64,000 nt of DNA. Source: Camelus dromedarius (Eukaryota). Each line of letters begins with the position of its first letter. The first letter of the stretch is position 1. Positions 63,585 to 64,000 of this stretch are shown here, one piece after another. The notes below the pieces were generated by a model, which was not told the origin of the DNA, searched no databases, and was given only the letters and a program-made list of their open reading frames with translations. Location of the stretch: NCBI RefSeq assembly GCF_036321535.1, contig NC_087446.1, positions 57,598,001 through 57,662,000 on the forward strand, in the 5' to 3' direction. Both the position numbers and the translations under genes were made by a program.

Positions 63585-64000
63585 GATCATCTTTATGAGT
63601 TATTTTGATTTCTTTGTCAGGTGTTCATCCATCTCCATTCCTTTAGGGTCTGTTTTTAGAGATTTATTCATTTGTTTCATTGGGACATTTTCCCCTTTCA
63701 CCTGTTTCTTCATGTTCCTTATAACGTGGTGTTGTTGCTTACAATTTGACAAAACAGCCACATCTCTCAGCTGTTTTAGACTGGATTTGTAAAGGCAAGA
63801 CCTTCCCCATTCTGTCCACTAGAAATTCTGGGGACTGCTCAAATCTTTTGTGAGGATGTGTCTTCTCAGATTTGTGTTTGGAGATTTCTAATCGGAAGAT
63901 TTTTGCCCATTTTATGCAGCAGTAACCTATAATCTCTTGCTCTGTTTCTGTCTGCTGTAACTCAGTTGCTTGAAGAAGTCACACAGCTCTTTTTGTTCTC
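63585..64000 (-). mobile_element. Old L1 fragment (ORF1 / 5' region), runs off the window
   Basis: T-rich antisense L1 text such as ctttagggtctgtttttagagatttattcatttgtttcattgggacatttt; approximate. Confidence 0.55.

Overview
Mammalian olfactory receptor (OR) gene cluster: AT-rich, LINE-rich, no prokaryotic features. Five copies of a tRNA-derived SINE resembling the camelid Vic-1 type, with no Alu, Bov-tA or PRE-1 seen, point to a camel/alpaca/llama genome (inference). The window holds five intact single-exon class II OR ORFs: an OR10-family gene on the minus strand (16608-17570), OR10A7 (26524-27474), an OR6C3-like paralog (46693-47631), OR6C1 (54362-55303) and OR6C3 (61963-62898). It also holds one full-length OR6C-family gene broken by a single TGA (36825-37766) and an orphan 5' OR6C fragment (6786-6926). 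The order matches my recollection of the human chr12q13.2 OR10A7/OR6C cluster. The rest is L1, L2, MIR, solo LTRs, Tigger elements, microsatellites and five N gaps inside repeats. I found no new multi-gene system. The best leads are: (1) a 184-bp, ~97% identical inverted repeat around a ~0.9 kb spacer upstream of the OR6C pseudogene; (2) a CpG-island-like OR10 coding region whose motif-breaking changes all run A/T to G/C, suggesting GC-biased gene conversion; (3) a 74-bp identical tract shared by two otherwise diverged OR6C paralogs; (4) co-oriented CTCF-like motifs and clustered O/E (EBF) sites. Repeat family names and boundaries were recognised by eye and are approximate unless a TSD or TIR is quoted.
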